The notes: generated by a model not told the origin, from the sequence alone. A DNA stretch of 64,000 nucleotides from an uncultured Planctomycetota bacterium (GCA_963737655.1 CAVTTN010000002.1:608001-672000); one strand, 5' to 3'. Positions 9,056 through 19,995 are shown, counted from the first letter of the stretch. Translations and numbers: made by a program.

Positions 9056-10061
9056 TCAGCCCTTCCCGGAGACGGGCTGACGGAACCCTCGTTCGGTGGT
9101 GTCTTTCGGGTCGGTGGAGACGGGCCCGTCCCTCCAGAGCCAGCGCATCATCTCGGGCATGATCGCCCCGCCGAACTTCTGCCCGTGATTGTTCATCCCC
9201 CACGAATAATTCACGTCGTAGCCCTTCTGCGACAGGGCCTTCATCAGGCGGACGTTCTGGAAGAACCAGTCGCGGGTCTCGTCGTACTCGCCGCCCCGGC
9301 GGAGGCCGCGGTTGTCGTTCCGGCCGTCGCACAGGAAGACGCGAATGGGCTTCTTCTCGGTCGCGAGCACCTTCTCCGGGTAGACGTGCCCGCCTCGGAG
9401 GTTCACGAAGCTGCCCACGTTGCTCAGGACCTTGCGGAAATGATCGGGCGCTCCCACGCGACGGTGAACGCGGCGATCGCGCCCGAGCTTGAGCCGCCGA
9501 TCCCGTGCATCTCGGGGTCCTTCGAGATGTTGTAATCCTTCGCGAGCGCCGGCATGAGCTCCTCGGTGATCACCCGGGCGTACTTGTCGTCGAGCGAGTT
9601 GTACTCGGTGGGCCGGTTGGTGTCGCGATCTCCCCAGTTCCGGGGGGTGGGCTCGGGCTGCTCGGGCCGGCGTCCGGGATTGATGAACACTCCGATCATG
9701 ACCGGGATTTCTCGGCGGTAGATCAGGTTGTCCATCACGTTCTGGGCGCGGATGTCCCCCTTCTCGTCCTTGAACGCCTGGCCGTCCTGATAGACCATCA
9801 GCGCCGCCGGGACGGCCGGGTCATACTGCGCGGGGACGTAGACCCAGTAGGTGTGCTGAGTGCCGGGATAGACCTCGCTCGGCAGGGTGAACGGGCCTCG
9901 GATTTCTCCCTTCGGGACGCCCTCTTGAGGGAGCGAATCGGGCCCCAGGCGATACTGCGAATCGGGGTTCGCGGCCTTCGGGGGAGTCTCCTGGCGCTCG
10001 CCCGAGAGGCGGCCAGGCCCGCCAGTCCGAGACCAACCGCAAGGACCATCGCGTTTCTCAT
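9056..10061 (-). CDS. Secreted enterochelin-esterase-like alpha/beta hydrolase, with two apparent frameshifts
   Basis: Signal peptide [16 protein letters not shown], then [41 protein letters not shown]. Frame changes at about 9993 and 9447 in short G/C runs. Confidence 0.8.
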
Positions 10062-10188
10062 CCGAATCCTCCCCGGGCAAGAACGATCCCCGACCCGCCG
10101 ACCAACCCGGCTGGCGACGCGAATCCCGGACAGGCTGGGGAGCCGCAGTTCGAGGACGAGGCGCCCGTCCCCATCCTGTCCGGGATTC

Positions 10189-11058
10189 TTACTTCTTCAA
10201 CGCCTGATCGACAAACGTGAACAGCGCCTTCGTCCCGGGGTCGTCGGGCACGCCCAGTTGCTCGTTGATCTTGTTGTGGGTCGATTCCCGGGCGGAATAG
10301 ACCGAGACCGGCACGCCCGCCTTCTTCAGCTCGCTGGCCAGCCGTTGGGCCTGGGCGCTGGTGTCGGGATGGTCGCCCACGTGCATGATCAGGAACGGAG
10401 GGATGCCCTTGTCCTTGGCCACGTGGGTCACGGCGGAGAAGTCGCGATGTTTCTCGGGGGTATCGCCGAACTTCTCGCGGTGGCCGAACTTCGCCTGGGG
10501 CTGGCCGTGAACTCGCCGCCGGGTCTCGGCCGTCTCGATGATCGCCGGGACGTCGTAGGTGTCGCCGTCCACCGGCACGCAGCCCTTGAGGATCGCCAGG
10601 GAGAGCCCTTCGGCCTTCAGGTAGCGATCGTCGACGCAAATCAGGGCGGCGAGCTGCGCCCCGGCCGAATGGCCCATCACGAGGATGCGGTCCGGGTCTC
10701 CTCCGAACTCGGCGATGTGGTCGTGGACCCATCGGAGCGAGCGGGCCACGTCCCGGACGATCGTCCCCATGTCCACGTCCGGCAGGAGCCGGTAATCGGT
10801 CGAGACGAACACGAATCCCCGGTCCGTGAACGCCCGGGGCTTGGCCTGGACCTCCGCCTTGTCCCCGGTCTGCCAGCCCCCTCCGTGAATCCAGAAGACG
10901 ACCGGCAAGTTCCTGGCATTCGGAGGCGAGTAAACGTCCAGTCGTTGCCGATCGTGGGCCGGGGAGGCATACGGGATGTCTTTCCGGACGGCCTGCGCGG
11001 TCGCCCCGGCGCCCGTCGCGAGCAAGAGCAGTGGCAGAAGCGGCGTGGCCCGTTTCAC
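10189..11058 (-). CDS. Secreted esterase/lipase (HSL-like alpha/beta hydrolase)
   Basis: Signal peptide, [21 protein letters not shown]. Confidence 0.88.
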   Translation of the reverse strand: MKRATPLLPLLLLATGAGATAQAVRKDIPYASPAHDRQRLDVYSPPNARNLPVVFWIHGGGWQTGDKAEVQAKPRAFTDRGFVFVSTDYRLLPDVDMGTIVRDVARSLRWVHDHIAEFGGDPDRILVMGHSAGAQLAALICVDDRYLKAEGLSLAILKGCVPVDGDTYDVPAIIETAETRRRVHGQPQAKFGHREKFGDTPEKHRDFSAVTHVAKDKGIPPFLIMHVGDHPDTSAQAQRLASELKKAGVPVSVYSARESTHNKINEQLGVPDDPGTKALFTFVDQALKK

Positions 11059-11083
11059 GGTCGTTGGCCTCCCCGGCTCGTGG

Positions 11084-11680
11084 TCATTTCTCGGTCTTGA
11101 CCCGGATGTTCCGATACTCGACCACGTGGAGCTCCGATTGCAGGGCCAGGGGGCCGCGATCGGGGATCGCCAGGGCCGCTTCCAGGAGCTCGCCGTTGCA
11201 GGTGCAGCGGGCTTTGGAGCCGGTCACGACCACCTCGATCGCGTTCCAGTCCTCGGGCTTGTAGTCCTTCAGCGTCTTGTACGGACCGACCCGGGGATAG
11301 TCGCGGATCTGGAGCTGGTGGGCGAGCGCCTTGTCGCGGAGGTGGATCCCGCTGTTGGCGTCCTTCGAGGCCCGGAATTCGAGGCGGAGCGTGAAATCGC
11401 CGTCGAACGACTCCGGGGTGTCGATCTCCGTCATCTTCGGCGGAGAGTCCTTCGACCCGGTGATGACGAGGACGCCATCCTTCACCGCGAACCGGCCGTC
11501 GTCGGTGGCCGTCTTGCCGGCGAGGTCGGCCTTGCCCAGCCTCCAGCCGGTCAGGTCCTTCCCGTTGAACAGGGAACGAAATCCCGGCTCCTCGGCGCGA
11601 GACGCGGCGAGGAGGACCGTCGAGGCGAGGACCGCGAAGACGGCGGTTCTCGGCGTCGAAAGGTGAGGGGACGGACGCAT
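11084..11680 (-). CDS. DUF1080 (3-keto-disaccharide hydrolase-like) protein
   Basis: [51 protein letters not shown]. Confidence 0.88.
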   Translation of the reverse strand: MRPSPHLSTPRTAVFAVLASTVLLAASRAEEPGFRSLFNGKDLTGWRLGKADLAGKTATDDGRFAVKDGVLVITGSKDSPPKMTEIDTPESFDGDFTLRLEFRASKDANSGIHLRDKALAHQLQIRDYPRVGPYKTLKDYKPEDWNAIEVVVTGSKARCTCNGELLEAALAIPDRGPLALQSELHVVEYRNIRVKTEK

Positions 11681-11818
11681 GAGGGAGTTCCTCGCAGGGG
11701 GATCGGCCCGCCGGACGGCTCGTTTATAGGCGAGCGGACCCGGCGGAGCAATCCCGAGGCGAGGAACGGAGGGCGACCGTCGGGCAGTCTCCCGGGGAGT
11801 TGAGGTCTCGGGAAGCGG

Positions 11819-12067
11819 TCAGGCGGTCGGGGCGGGCCCCGGAACATCCAGGATGACGGCCGAAGCCGAAGGCTCGACGGCCTGCGAATCCTCGGCCTCG
11901 CCTGGCGCGGTGCCCGGGGGCTTCGCCTTGCCCTTGGGCGGCTCGGACTGCCGGACGGCGCACTGGGGGTGGACCCCGGCCCGGGAATAGACCTCCTCGT
12001 GGCAGACCGGGCAGCGGACCCGGTTGGAGACGGGCTGGCGAGGAGTGTGATAGGACCTGGGATTCAT
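11819..12067 (-). CDS. Small hypothetical protein with a CPVC...HPQC putative metal site
   Basis: MNPRSYHTPRQPVSNRVRCPVCHEEVYSRAGVHPQCAVRQ. Confidence 0.55.
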   Translation of the reverse strand: MNPRSYHTPRQPVSNRVRCPVCHEEVYSRAGVHPQCAVRQSEPPKGKAKPPGTAPGEAEDSQAVEPSASAVILDVPGPAPTA

Positions 12068-12108
12068 CACGGCCGCCCTCGGGGTGAGAGAACTCGGGAG
12101 GAGACCGG

Positions 12109-12447
12109 TCAGGCCCCTCCGGGAGAGCGACGGGACCGGGCGGGTCGGGCGGTTGCGGCGACCGACGAGTCGACGCGACCCAGAGGTTCCCACACCAGAC
12201 GGACCAGGGCCTCCCCGGTCACCGGGTCGGTCGCGCCCAGGTCGGTCACGGCGGTCAGGGAGACGAGGACGGAGTCGCCCCCCTTGACGAACGACGGCGG
12301 GCCTCCGGCCCGGGAGCTAGTCTGGGCGAAGAGGATCGCCTCGCCCGCGGCCAGCGACTGGCCGGCGGGCAAGGGGACGATGGCCTCGCAGCTCCGGCCC
12401 CTCTCGATGTCGGAGAGCTGGCGCTCGTTGGCCGGATACGTGTTCAT
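12109..12447 (-). CDS. Hypothetical protein
   Basis: MNTYPANERQLSDIERGRSCEAIVPL...; GAGG upstream; collinear with neighbours. Confidence 0.55.
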   Translation of the reverse strand: MNTYPANERQLSDIERGRSCEAIVPLPAGQSLAAGEAILFAQTSSRAGGPPSFVKGGDSVLVSLTAVTDLGATDPVTGEALVRLVWEPLGRVDSSVAATARPARSRRSPGGA

Positions 12448-12535
12448 CGAAGAGGCCGCCTCGGATTGGGGTTCGATCGGGGGACGGCCTCTCGCCGATC
12501 CGTGGCCGGGGGGCCGGGTCGGACGGGAATTCGGA

Positions 12536-12927
12536 TCAATACCGGCCGCCGCCGCCGCCGTAGCCGCCACCGCCGCCGCTCCGGCCGCCGCCGCCGCCGC
12601 CGTAGCCGCCACCGCCGCCGCTCCGGCCGCCGCCGCCGCCGCCGCCGTAGCCGCCGCCGCCGCCACCGCCGCCGCGAGACTCACGGGGCTTGGCCTCGTT
12701 CACCGTCAGGTTCCGGCCGTCGTGGTCCCGGCCGTTGAGGCCGTCGATGGCCGCCTGGGCCTGGGCCTCGGTGTCCATCTCCACGAACCCGAATCCCTTC
12801 GAGCGGTTCGTGTCCCGGTCCACGATGATCTGGGCATCTGCACTGCTCCGAAGGGGGCGAACAACGCCTCCAGGTCGGACTCGTTCATGTTGTAGGTGAG
12901 GTTGCCGACGTACAGCTTCTTGGCCAC
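12536..12927 (-). CDS. RRM RNA-binding protein with Gly-rich tail; apparent frameshift at about 12836
   Basis: MAKKLYVGNL (RNP2) in one frame; DRDTNRSKGFGFVEM (RNP1), NLTVNEAKPRE and GGGGGYGGGGGGRS repeats in the next. Confidence 0.88.
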
Positions 12928-13286
12928 GGAATGCTCCGAACGAAAGGCAGGACGACCCGCGAAGGCGCTTTCTGGGTCGAGGAGAAAGGGGCCTCGTGCG
13001 AGGCCCGAGCGGAAGGAAGGGCGAGAGAGGGGAGCAGGGGACCGGACCGTGAGGAGCCAGCGTTGCCGCTCGGTCGTCGAACCAACCAATCAGAGCATGA
13101 CAAAAACACGGGAAAATTGATAGCCCAATTCCGCTCCGGATTCTCGGAATGGCCCCGCGACGGCCCGACGGCGATGGACAGGCGGGGCGTCCGGGCGTAG
13201 CCTGGGAGGTCCGGGCGGCCCGTCTCGGTCCCCGATCGCCGGGGACAACGCCGATCGCCGGCCCTCTGCGGATCGGCGGCGCCCCG

Positions 13287-13586
13287 ATGCTCGAACCGTC
13301 TGCTCCGGGCCCTCGGCCCGCCCCCAGGGTCCGGGAATCGGCCGAGTTCCGCCGGACCCATTATCGCGTGTACGACGAGGACGGATTCGCCACGTCCTTC
13401 GCGATCACCCCGCCCCAGAACGCCACGCTCGACGCCGTGGCCGAGTATCTCGCCGAGCGGTTCGACGGCCTCGACGGCACCGGGTTCGAGTCGAAAGACC
13501 TCGTCGTCCTGCTCGGCCCGAGGATCGTCGCCGTCGTCCGCAAGGGCCTCGACGGCCGCCCCGAGATCACGAGATTCGCGGAGTGA
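13287..13586 (+). CDS. Hypothetical protein
   Basis: HYRVYDEDGFATSFAITPPQNATLDAVAEYLAERF...LVVLLGPRIVAVVRKG; coding-like codon usage. Confidence 0.55.
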   Translation: MLEPSAPGPRPAPRVRESAEFRRTHYRVYDEDGFATSFAITPPQNATLDAVAEYLAERFDGLDGTGFESKDLVVLLGPRIVAVVRKGLDGRPEITRFAE

Positions 13587-13629
13587 GGATCGCCGAGGCC
13601 GTCTACGCTTCACGTAGGATTCCTCGGGG

Positions 13630-13980
13630 TCATCGGTAGTCGTCCCGGATCGGGTGGAAGACGTCCAGGGCCACGGCCGGGCCGTCGAGGGTCACGACCT
13701 TGTGGAGGACCCCTCCGGGGATCCTCCAGATGTCTCCCGGGTTCACGATCCTCGTGACCCCTCCGACGGTGAATTCCAGCCGTCCCGAGATCAACAGGCC
13801 CATCTGCTCGTGGGGATGGGCGTGCTCCAGGACGACCGAGCCCGGCTCCAGGTGGACGACCGAGAACATCATGCCCTGGCCCGACGTGGTGAGGATCTCC
13901 ACCCCGGGGAAGATCGCGTGGCGAGACCCGGAGCCGGACGGGATGAAATAGGAGGAGGCGTCGAGGTCCCGGTCGGGCAC
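13630..13980 (-). CDS. Cupin domain protein
   Basis: EHAHPHEQMG...GRLEF...PGD.WRIPGGVLH...ALDVFHPIRDDY. Confidence 0.9.
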   Translation of the reverse strand: MPDRDLDASSYFIPSGSGSRHAIFPGVEILTTSGQGMMFSVVHLEPGSVVLEHAHPHEQMGLLISGRLEFTVGGVTRIVNPGDIWRIPGGVLHKVVTLDGPAVALDVFHPIRDDYR

Positions 13981-13981
13981 G

Positions 13982-15676
13982 TCAACGCCTCCTCGATCCG
14001 GATCGGGCGACGATGAAGCCGCCCCACTCGTTGAGGAACGCCTCGCGGGTGACGGCGTCGCCGAAGCAACCGCGGATCACGTCGTCGAGCTTCTCGCCGC
14101 CTTCGAGCATCCCCCGGACGAAGAAGGGGAATTGCGGCCTCATGGCGGTCGCCATCCAGTCGCAAAGGCTGAAGCCCAGGGCGCGGATGGTCTCCGGGGC
14201 GGCGTCTCCGCCGAGGCCCTCGTTCGCCTTGGCGACCCAGCCCAGGCGGTATTGCTCGGCGGCGGTCTCCCCGAGCTTGCGATAGTACGTGCTCCCCCGA
14301 GGATCGGCGCCCGAGGCCAGGTAGGCCCCGAGCCCGTAGACCAGCCAGCGAGGAGGCTTGCCGCCCGCCGTGAGCGCCGAGCCGGCGAGCTGCTCGGTCA
14401 GGAGGCCGGCGAGGGTGCGGTCGGGGCCGTCGGGGGCCTCCTCGGCGGCGGCCTTCTTCGATCGGCTCGACTTTTTCGGGGTCGCCTTGCTGGTCGCCGC
14501 GCCGGCCGGCTCGGCCGCTCCGTTGAGCGGGTCGGCCGCCGCGAGATACGGCTGTTCGACGTCGAGGCGGCCGTGGGCCTCGATCCCCTGCTCGACCTCG
14601 CGGTTCTCGTTGCTGCGGACGAATTCGACGTAGCTGGGCACGTCGTTGAATACGAACAGGCTGATCTTTTCCAGCCCCGAGAGGGAGCCCGACGCCTGGG
14701 GGCCGAGGATCGTCATCAAGGTCCCCCTCTGCTCGTCCAGGCTCTTCAGGAGCTTCTGGGCGCGGTCGGGCGGGAGGTTGCTGAAGAGGAGGAAGTTCTT
14801 GCCGGGGGTGACCGTCGGCTCGGTCTTGGACGAGGCCTTCTTCCATCGTTCGAGGGAGGCGGCCTCGACCTTCTTGTCACGCTCCTCCACGGAGAGCTTG
14901 GCGAGTTCGGACTTGCGGCGGGCCTCGACCGTCGGGGCGATCGATTCCAGGGTCGCCGTCGGCTCCTTGCCGGCGTCGAGCCGGGCGCCGGCCTTGATCC
15001 AGTCCTCGAGCTTGGCGATCGTCTCGGGCGCGAGGTTCGTCTGGCCCGGGGGCATCTTCTGGCCGTCGGCCTCGCCCCGGACCCGGAGGATCAACTGGCT
15101 CTGCTCGGGGTTCCCCGGGACGATCACCTTGCCCTTCTCCGAGCCGTTCATGAGCTTCTGGAAGGTGGTCAGGTCGAACCGTCCCCGGCGCTGCTGGGGG
15201 TTGTGGCAGCGGATGCAATTGCCGACGAGGATCGGGGCGATGTCCCGAGAGAACTTGATCGCCAGGTCATCCTCGGCGGCCGGGGCGTCGGCCCCTTTCT
15301 TGGCCGGGGGGCCGGCCTTGGCCGTGCCTTTCTTGGCCTTCCCCTTGCCCTTGGCGGGCATGGCGCCGTCCTCGGGCTTCTCCTCGGCGTCCATCGCCCC
15401 TCCGACGGGCGACGCGGCCGGGGGCTTGCAGATCGGGCAGGGCTTGAACTTCTGAGCGACGGCGTCGTCGGCCGAGGCGAACTCGACCTTGGTCCGGGCC
15501 GTCAGCTTCTTGGCCGAGGCGCAGGAGGCCCGGTGGTAGACTTTCGCCGACTTGTTGCCGACGATCGCCTCGTCGTCTCCGGCCGGGTCCTGGGCGAACA
15601 GCAGCGCCCCGCCCAGGCTCAGGGCCAGACCGGCCACGAACCCAACCCACCTCGGACCCCGCCGCGCCTCGATCAT
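13982..15676 (-). CDS. Secreted protein: Ada-like metal-binding domain, planctomycete cytochrome c domain and C-terminal helical domain
   Basis: Signal peptide; VGNKSAKVYHRASC...FKPCPICKP; FSRDIAPILVGNCIRCHN...IVPGNPEQSQL...MPP...DWIKAGA. Confidence 0.8.
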   Translation of the reverse strand: MIEARRGPRWVGFVAGLALSLGGALLFAQDPAGDDEAIVGNKSAKVYHRASCASAKKLTARTKVEFASADDAVAQKFKPCPICKPPAASPVGGAMDAEEKPEDGAMPAKGKGKAKKGTAKAGPPAKKGADAPAAEDDLAIKFSRDIAPILVGNCIRCHNPQQRRGRFDLTTFQKLMNGSEKGKVIVPGNPEQSQLILRVRGEADGQKMPPGQTNLAPETIAKLEDWIKAGARLDAGKEPTATLESIAPTVEARRKSELAKLSVEERDKKVEAASLERWKKASSKTEPTVTPGKNFLLFSNLPPDRAQKLLKSLDEQRGTLMTILGPQASGSLSGLEKISLFVFNDVPSYVEFVRSNENREVEQGIEAHGRLDVEQPYLAAADPLNGAAEPAGAATSKATPKKSSRSKKAAAEEAPDGPDRTLAGLLTEQLAGSALTAGGKPPRWLVYGLGAYLASGADPRGSTYYRKLGETAAEQYRLGWVAKANEGLGGDAAPETIRALGFSLCDWMATAMRPQFPFFVRGMLEGGEKLDDVIRGCFGDAVTREAFLNEWGGFIVARSGSRRR

Positions 15677-15838
15677 GGCCTCGTCCCCCGGGTTCCTGCA
15701 CGATTGGATGCCGTCATTGTCACCGGGACGGCCCCATTTCGCAAGGGCGTAGGGTGGAGGAAATCCCCCCGGGGCCTCGGGCGAGCGCAACCCGCCTCGT
15801 TCCGGGTCCGGATCGCGACCGAAGGGACGAGCCCGCCC

Positions 15839-16939
15839 CTAGGGGCGAACCACCAGGGGCGCCTCGCCGACCGCCTCCCGGCCCGAGACGAGGTCCTTCT
15901 GGACGAGTCTCAACCGATACGAGCCGGGGGGAAGCTCGGGCGGGACGGTCAGGCGGTAATTCACGAAGAAGTCGCGGCGGCGACGGCGGCATTCGTCCTC
16001 GGCGATGCCCAGGTCTCGCGACCAGGCCGGCTCGCCGCCGGCCTGCGGGACGATCGCCACCGTCGTGGCCATTCGAGACCGGACCAGCTCGCCCGACGGC
16101 TCGACGGCCAGGCCCTCCACCTCGCAATAGAGGATCGCCTCAACGCCGGGGCGGATGGCTTCGACGGGGAGCGGCACCACGTTGCCGAAATTGACCACCT
16201 TGCGACAGAGCCGCAGGTCGGCCACGGCGAATTCCGGCTCGATCGGGGCCGGCGGGGCCTCGGGTTCCGACTTCGGCGGCTCGGAGGAGCCCTCGGCCAG
16301 GGCCGACAGGACCGTTTTCCACAACGACGAGTCGCCGGTCTCCGCCAAACAAAGCAGCAACCGCTCGCGGGCCGCCCAGAGCTCGGCGTCGGGCCCGCCC
16401 TCTCGGGATTTGTCTCGGGCGGTGGCGATCAGGCGGGCGATGTCCGCCCTCCAGGCCGCCGACGGGTCGGGGGGCGGCTCGGCGACGGCCGGAACGTCCG
16501 AATCGCGTAAAGATCCGTCTTTCCGCCCGGCATCCGTCTCTTCCGTTTCTTTACGCGGAGTTTCCGCTTCCGCCGGAGGGGCCTCGGGAGGCGAGGGCGG
16601 GGGGATCGGCGATTCGCCGAGGATGGCACGCTGGACCTCGGCGTCCCGCGCGGCGGCGGCGTCGAGGATGGGCGTCGGGGGCAGGGGCGGGGGCGCCGTC
16701 GCCTTCGGCGGGCGCATCGCCTCCTCGTCGCTGATCGGCCGGAGGGGGGGCAGGGGAGGGAGCGGGACGGACTCGGCGGAGTCCGCCGCCATCGCGACCG
16801 ACGGAGCGGCCGGGCCAGCCGGCGAGGCGCCATCGAGGCTCGCCCGACGGGCCGGCAGCCACCGGCACCCGGCCATCGAGGCCACCATCGCCAGGGCCAA
16901 GCCCAGCGCGGACCGTTGGATCCGGCGCCCTTTCGCCAT
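15839..16939 (-). CDS. Hypothetical lipoprotein with Pro-rich linker and C-terminal beta-sandwich
   Basis: Lipobox MAGC; LRLCRKVVNFG...ILYCEVEG...RRDFFVNYRLTVPPELPPGSYRLRL. Confidence 0.7.
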   Translation of the reverse strand: MAKGRRIQRSALGLALAMVASMAGCRWLPARRASLDGASPAGPAAPSVAMAADSAESVPLPPLPPLRPISDEEAMRPPKATAPPPLPPTPILDAAAARDAEVQRAILGESPIPPPSPPEAPPAEAETPRKETEETDAGRKDGSLRDSDVPAVAEPPPDPSAAWRADIARLIATARDKSREGGPDAELWAARERLLLCLAETGDSSLWKTVLSALAEGSSEPPKSEPEAPPAPIEPEFAVADLRLCRKVVNFGNVVPLPVEAIRPGVEAILYCEVEGLAVEPSGELVRSRMATTVAIVPQAGGEPAWSRDLGIAEDECRRRRRDFFVNYRLTVPPELPPGSYRLRLVQKDLVSGREAVGEAPLVVRP

Positions 16940-17078
16940 CGAACCCCCTCGGAAGTGCCTCGCCTCGACACCCGCGTGACCCTCGTCCCGGTCGGCGGGG
17001 TCCTCTCGAAGTGCGTCGCGACGGAATACCCCAATCGGCCGATCGCGGCAATGGGACTTGTCCCGCGCGCGGCCCGGA

Positions 17079-18005
17079 TCATGGCCCGGGTCGGTCGCTC
17101 GCCAGGGTCGCGAGCCGGAGGGCAAGCCGCGATCGGGCCTCGCGATCGAGCCGATCGAGCCGGCGGGCCTCGTTCAGGCCGATCCGGGCGAATCGGAGCG
17201 TGGTCCCCGGTCGGGCCTGGCCGAGGCGGTCCAGATCGGCCGAGATCACGTGGGCCACGACGGGATACCCGCCCATCGTCCCGCAGGCCGGGCCGAGGAG
17301 GATCGGCCTTCCTCCGGCGATCTGGACCGCGCCGAACCCCACCGGGGCCGACAGCCGGGACGGGTCGGCCCGGACCTCGATCCGGGGCCCTTCGAGCCTC
17401 AGACCCACCCGGTCGGACTCACTCTCGACGACGAAATCGCCCACTTCGAGGCTCCCGGAGACGACGGCCGAGGCATCCGGCCCCTCGACCACGCGAATCG
17501 GGCCGCCGCCCGGGTCGGGGACGACGACATCCCGAAGGCGACGGATCGGCGTCCCTCCCGGATTGGCCGGGAGGACGGTGCCGGGCGTCAGGGCGTCCTC
17601 GCTCGATCGGCTCCCCAGGATTGCTTCGCTCGTCCAGCCTCCCCGGACGGCCAGAAAGAGCCTCGCCCCCGAGGCCGAGCCGCCGATTTCGAGCCGATCC
17701 CCGGCGAGGAGGCCGATCGTCTGGGGAATTCGCAAGGGGATCGCCCGGCCGGCCGCGGTCTCGACCCTTGCGACCATCGGGGCCCCGGCCAGGGCGAGGG
17801 CCAGCGGGATCTCGGCAAGGAATCGGCCTCCCAGGAGGCAGAATTCGACGACCGCGGCCCCGGGGGGGTTGCCGATCAGGGCGTTCGCCACGGCCGCGGA
17901 GAGCCGATCGAAAACGCCCGAAGTGGGGACGCCCGAGTGCCGGAACCCCAGCCGGCCGAGGTCCTGGATCGTGGCCCTCGGGCCGATCGTCAGGATTCGG
18001 AGCAT
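17079..18005 (-). CDS. pxpC: 5-oxoprolinase subunit C (allophanate hydrolase subunit 2 family)
   Basis: TIQDLGRLGFRHSGVPTSGVFD, ANALIGN, GSRS, SDRVGLRL, GAVQI, TMGGYP. Confidence 0.88.
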   Translation of the reverse strand: MLRILTIGPRATIQDLGRLGFRHSGVPTSGVFDRLSAAVANALIGNPPGAAVVEFCLLGGRFLAEIPLALALAGAPMVARVETAAGRAIPLRIPQTIGLLAGDRLEIGGSASGARLFLAVRGGWTSEAILGSRSSEDALTPGTVLPANPGGTPIRRLRDVVVPDPGGGPIRVVEGPDASAVVSGSLEVGDFVVESESDRVGLRLEGPRIEVRADPSRLSAPVGFGAVQIAGGRPILLGPACGTMGGYPVVAHVISADLDRLGQARPGTTLRFARIGLNEARRLDRLDREARSRLALRLATLASDRPGP

Positions 18006-18709
18006 GGTTCGGCGAAGCTCCGGGGGGCGATCCCGAGCGTCCTGAGCGTGGAGAGGACGAGGTCCGCCAGGGCGACCGAATGGGGGTTGTCGCCGTGGAG
18101 GCAAATCGTCTCGATCCCCCGACTCACGAGCCGGGCGACCTGATCGGCGATCTCGGCCGGGTCGTCCAGGACGGCCCCGGGCTGGTCCCTCGGCACCAGC
18201 CGGCCGTCGGGCGAGTAGCGGCGATCGGCGAAGCCCTCGCCGACGAATCGGACCCCCTGGAGGGCGGCCTCGGCCTCGACGGCCCCTCCGGGGAGGCCAA
18301 GGACCGGCAAACCCAGCTCTTTCGCCGCCTCCACGACGGCTCTCGCCACGTCTGGATCGCGCTGGGCCCGGTTGTAGAGGGCGCCGTGGGGCTTCAGGAA
18401 CGCGATTTCCACGCCCTGCGGCTCGGCGATCGTCTTTATATGACCGACCGAGGCGACGATCAGCCCCCGGACGTCCGGCTCGTCGCGGTCTCGGCGTCCG
18501 AACCCTTCGCGGTCGGGATAGCCGGGATGGGCGCCGACGGCCACCCGTCGGGCCTTCGCTTCTTGCAACGAGGCGGCGATGGTGTCATCGTCGCCGGCGT
18601 AGCCTCCGCAGCAGAGGCTCGCCGAGGTCACCCGGGCGAGCAACGGGACGTCCCAGGGGCAGCCTTCGCCGAGGTCGGCGTTGAGGTCGATCGAGGCGGA
18701 GGCGGGCAT
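17990..18709 (-). CDS. pxpA: 5-oxoprolinase subunit A (LamB/YcsF family)
   Basis: IDLNADLGEG, VGAHPGYPDREGFGRR, LKPHGALYN, EGFADRRY, TICLHGD. Confidence 0.92.
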   Translation of the reverse strand: MPASASIDLNADLGEGCPWDVPLLARVTSASLCCGGYAGDDDTIAASLQEAKARRVAVGAHPGYPDREGFGRRDRDEPDVRGLIVASVGHIKTIAEPQGVEIAFLKPHGALYNRAQRDPDVARAVVEAAKELGLPVLGLPGGAVEAEAALQGVRFVGEGFADRRYSPDGRLVPRDQPGAVLDDPAEIADQVARLVSRGIETICLHGDNPHSVALADLVLSTLRTLGIAPRSFAEPCSES

Positions 18710-18712
18710 CGG

Positions 18713-19995
18713 TCAGTCCTCGCCTTCGAGTTCCAAAACGCCGTCTTCCACCATCCGCCGGGCCTGGTCTTCCAGCTTCCCCCGGATCGCGTCGAGGTTC
18801 GCCGGGAGCGAGCCGGCGGAGATCTCGCGGAGGGTCCGGAGAGCGGCCGTCGGCTTCTGGCGGTCTCGGAGGAGGACCTGGGCGAGCTTCAGCTTCATCC
18901 GGGGGGCGGCGGAGGAGTCCGGGTACTTCCGGCAGAAATCCCTCATCAACGGGATCGACGCGGCCTCCGCCTTCCTCGCGTGACATTCCTTGATCAGCGC
19001 GAGGGCGTCGGATTCCGACGGCCAGTTGGGCAGGACGCGGGCCGATTTGTCGAAGGCCGAGACCGCTCCGTCGAAATCCTCGGACTCGATCAATCGGCGG
19101 ACCTTGGCGACGGCCTTCGCCGCGCGTTCCTCGTCGGTCGGGACCTCGGCGTCCGCCTCCGCCCGGCGGGCCCGCCGGGCGTCGTTCTTCTTCTGGCGGT
19201 CGAGCCGTTGTTCGCGGAGGGTCCAGTCCTTCGCGAGCCGCTTTCGCTGCTTCCAGAGCGACAGGACGTCCCACCCTTCGCAATCGACGAGGTTCGCCTT
19301 GAGCATGGCCCAGCCGATCGCCGCGCCCCCGACCGCCCCGGAGAGCTTCGCCACCTCGGCCACCACGTCGAGGCCGCCGATCCGGTGGGCCCCGGTGAAC
19401 CCGTGGATGGCGAGGAACAGCAACTGTTCGCCGATGTAAAAGGCCGCCACCGTCGTGTAAGGCAGCTCCAGTTGATGGACGGACACGCGGAACCCGAACA
19501 TGAAGATCCAGGTGCAGCTGAGCTCGTTCCTCGGGCCCAGACCATGCAGATCGCCAGCAGCCCAAACACGATGCTCGCCGCGCCGGACGACGTCCCCTCC
19601 AGCCCCGACCTCAGCAAGACGATCTGCGTGAGCGCCGAGCTCGCGACCCCGATGGCGAGGTAGATCAGGGAATACCGGAGCATCCCCAGCTTCCCCTCGA
19701 CCACGATCCCGAAGGCCCAGAGGAAGACCATGTTGCCGATCAGAGAGCCGATCCCCGGATGGACGAAGTTCGACGTGACCCACTGGAGGGGGTGCAACCC
19801 GTCGCCCAGGGTCAGCGCGTAGCGGTCGAACGTCGAGCCCGCCGAGGGCTCGTCCAGGTCCTCCTCGGCGGAGCTCCGGGCACGGTCGGCCCAGAGGATG
19901 CCGAAGAAGCACGCCAGGTTCAGGACGATCAGGGCCACGGTGGCCTTGGGCCAGTGGTAGAGCGGAGCATCGGTCCCGGTCGGGATGATGAGCAT
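18713..19995 (-). CDS. Rhomboid-family intramembrane protease with C-terminal TPR-like domain; apparent frameshift at about 19534
   Basis: MLIIPTGTDAPLYHWPKAT, QWVTSNFVH..LIGNMVFLWAFGIVVEGKLG, GAASIVFGL. The C-terminal frame continues PRNELSC... into a helical region. Catalytic Ser/His positions look degenerate. Confidence 0.75.

Noticed and set aside
12540..12676. GCC-rich tandem repeat (possible array or poly-Ala ORF)
   Set aside because: Encodes the Gly-rich tail of the RRM protein on the minus strand.
16916..19663. Long plus-strand ORFs opposite real genes (also 14132..16510, 36288..39245, 40902..43781, 47634..49934)
   Set aside because: Arg/Gly/Pro-rich antisense frames over well-supported minus-strand genes.
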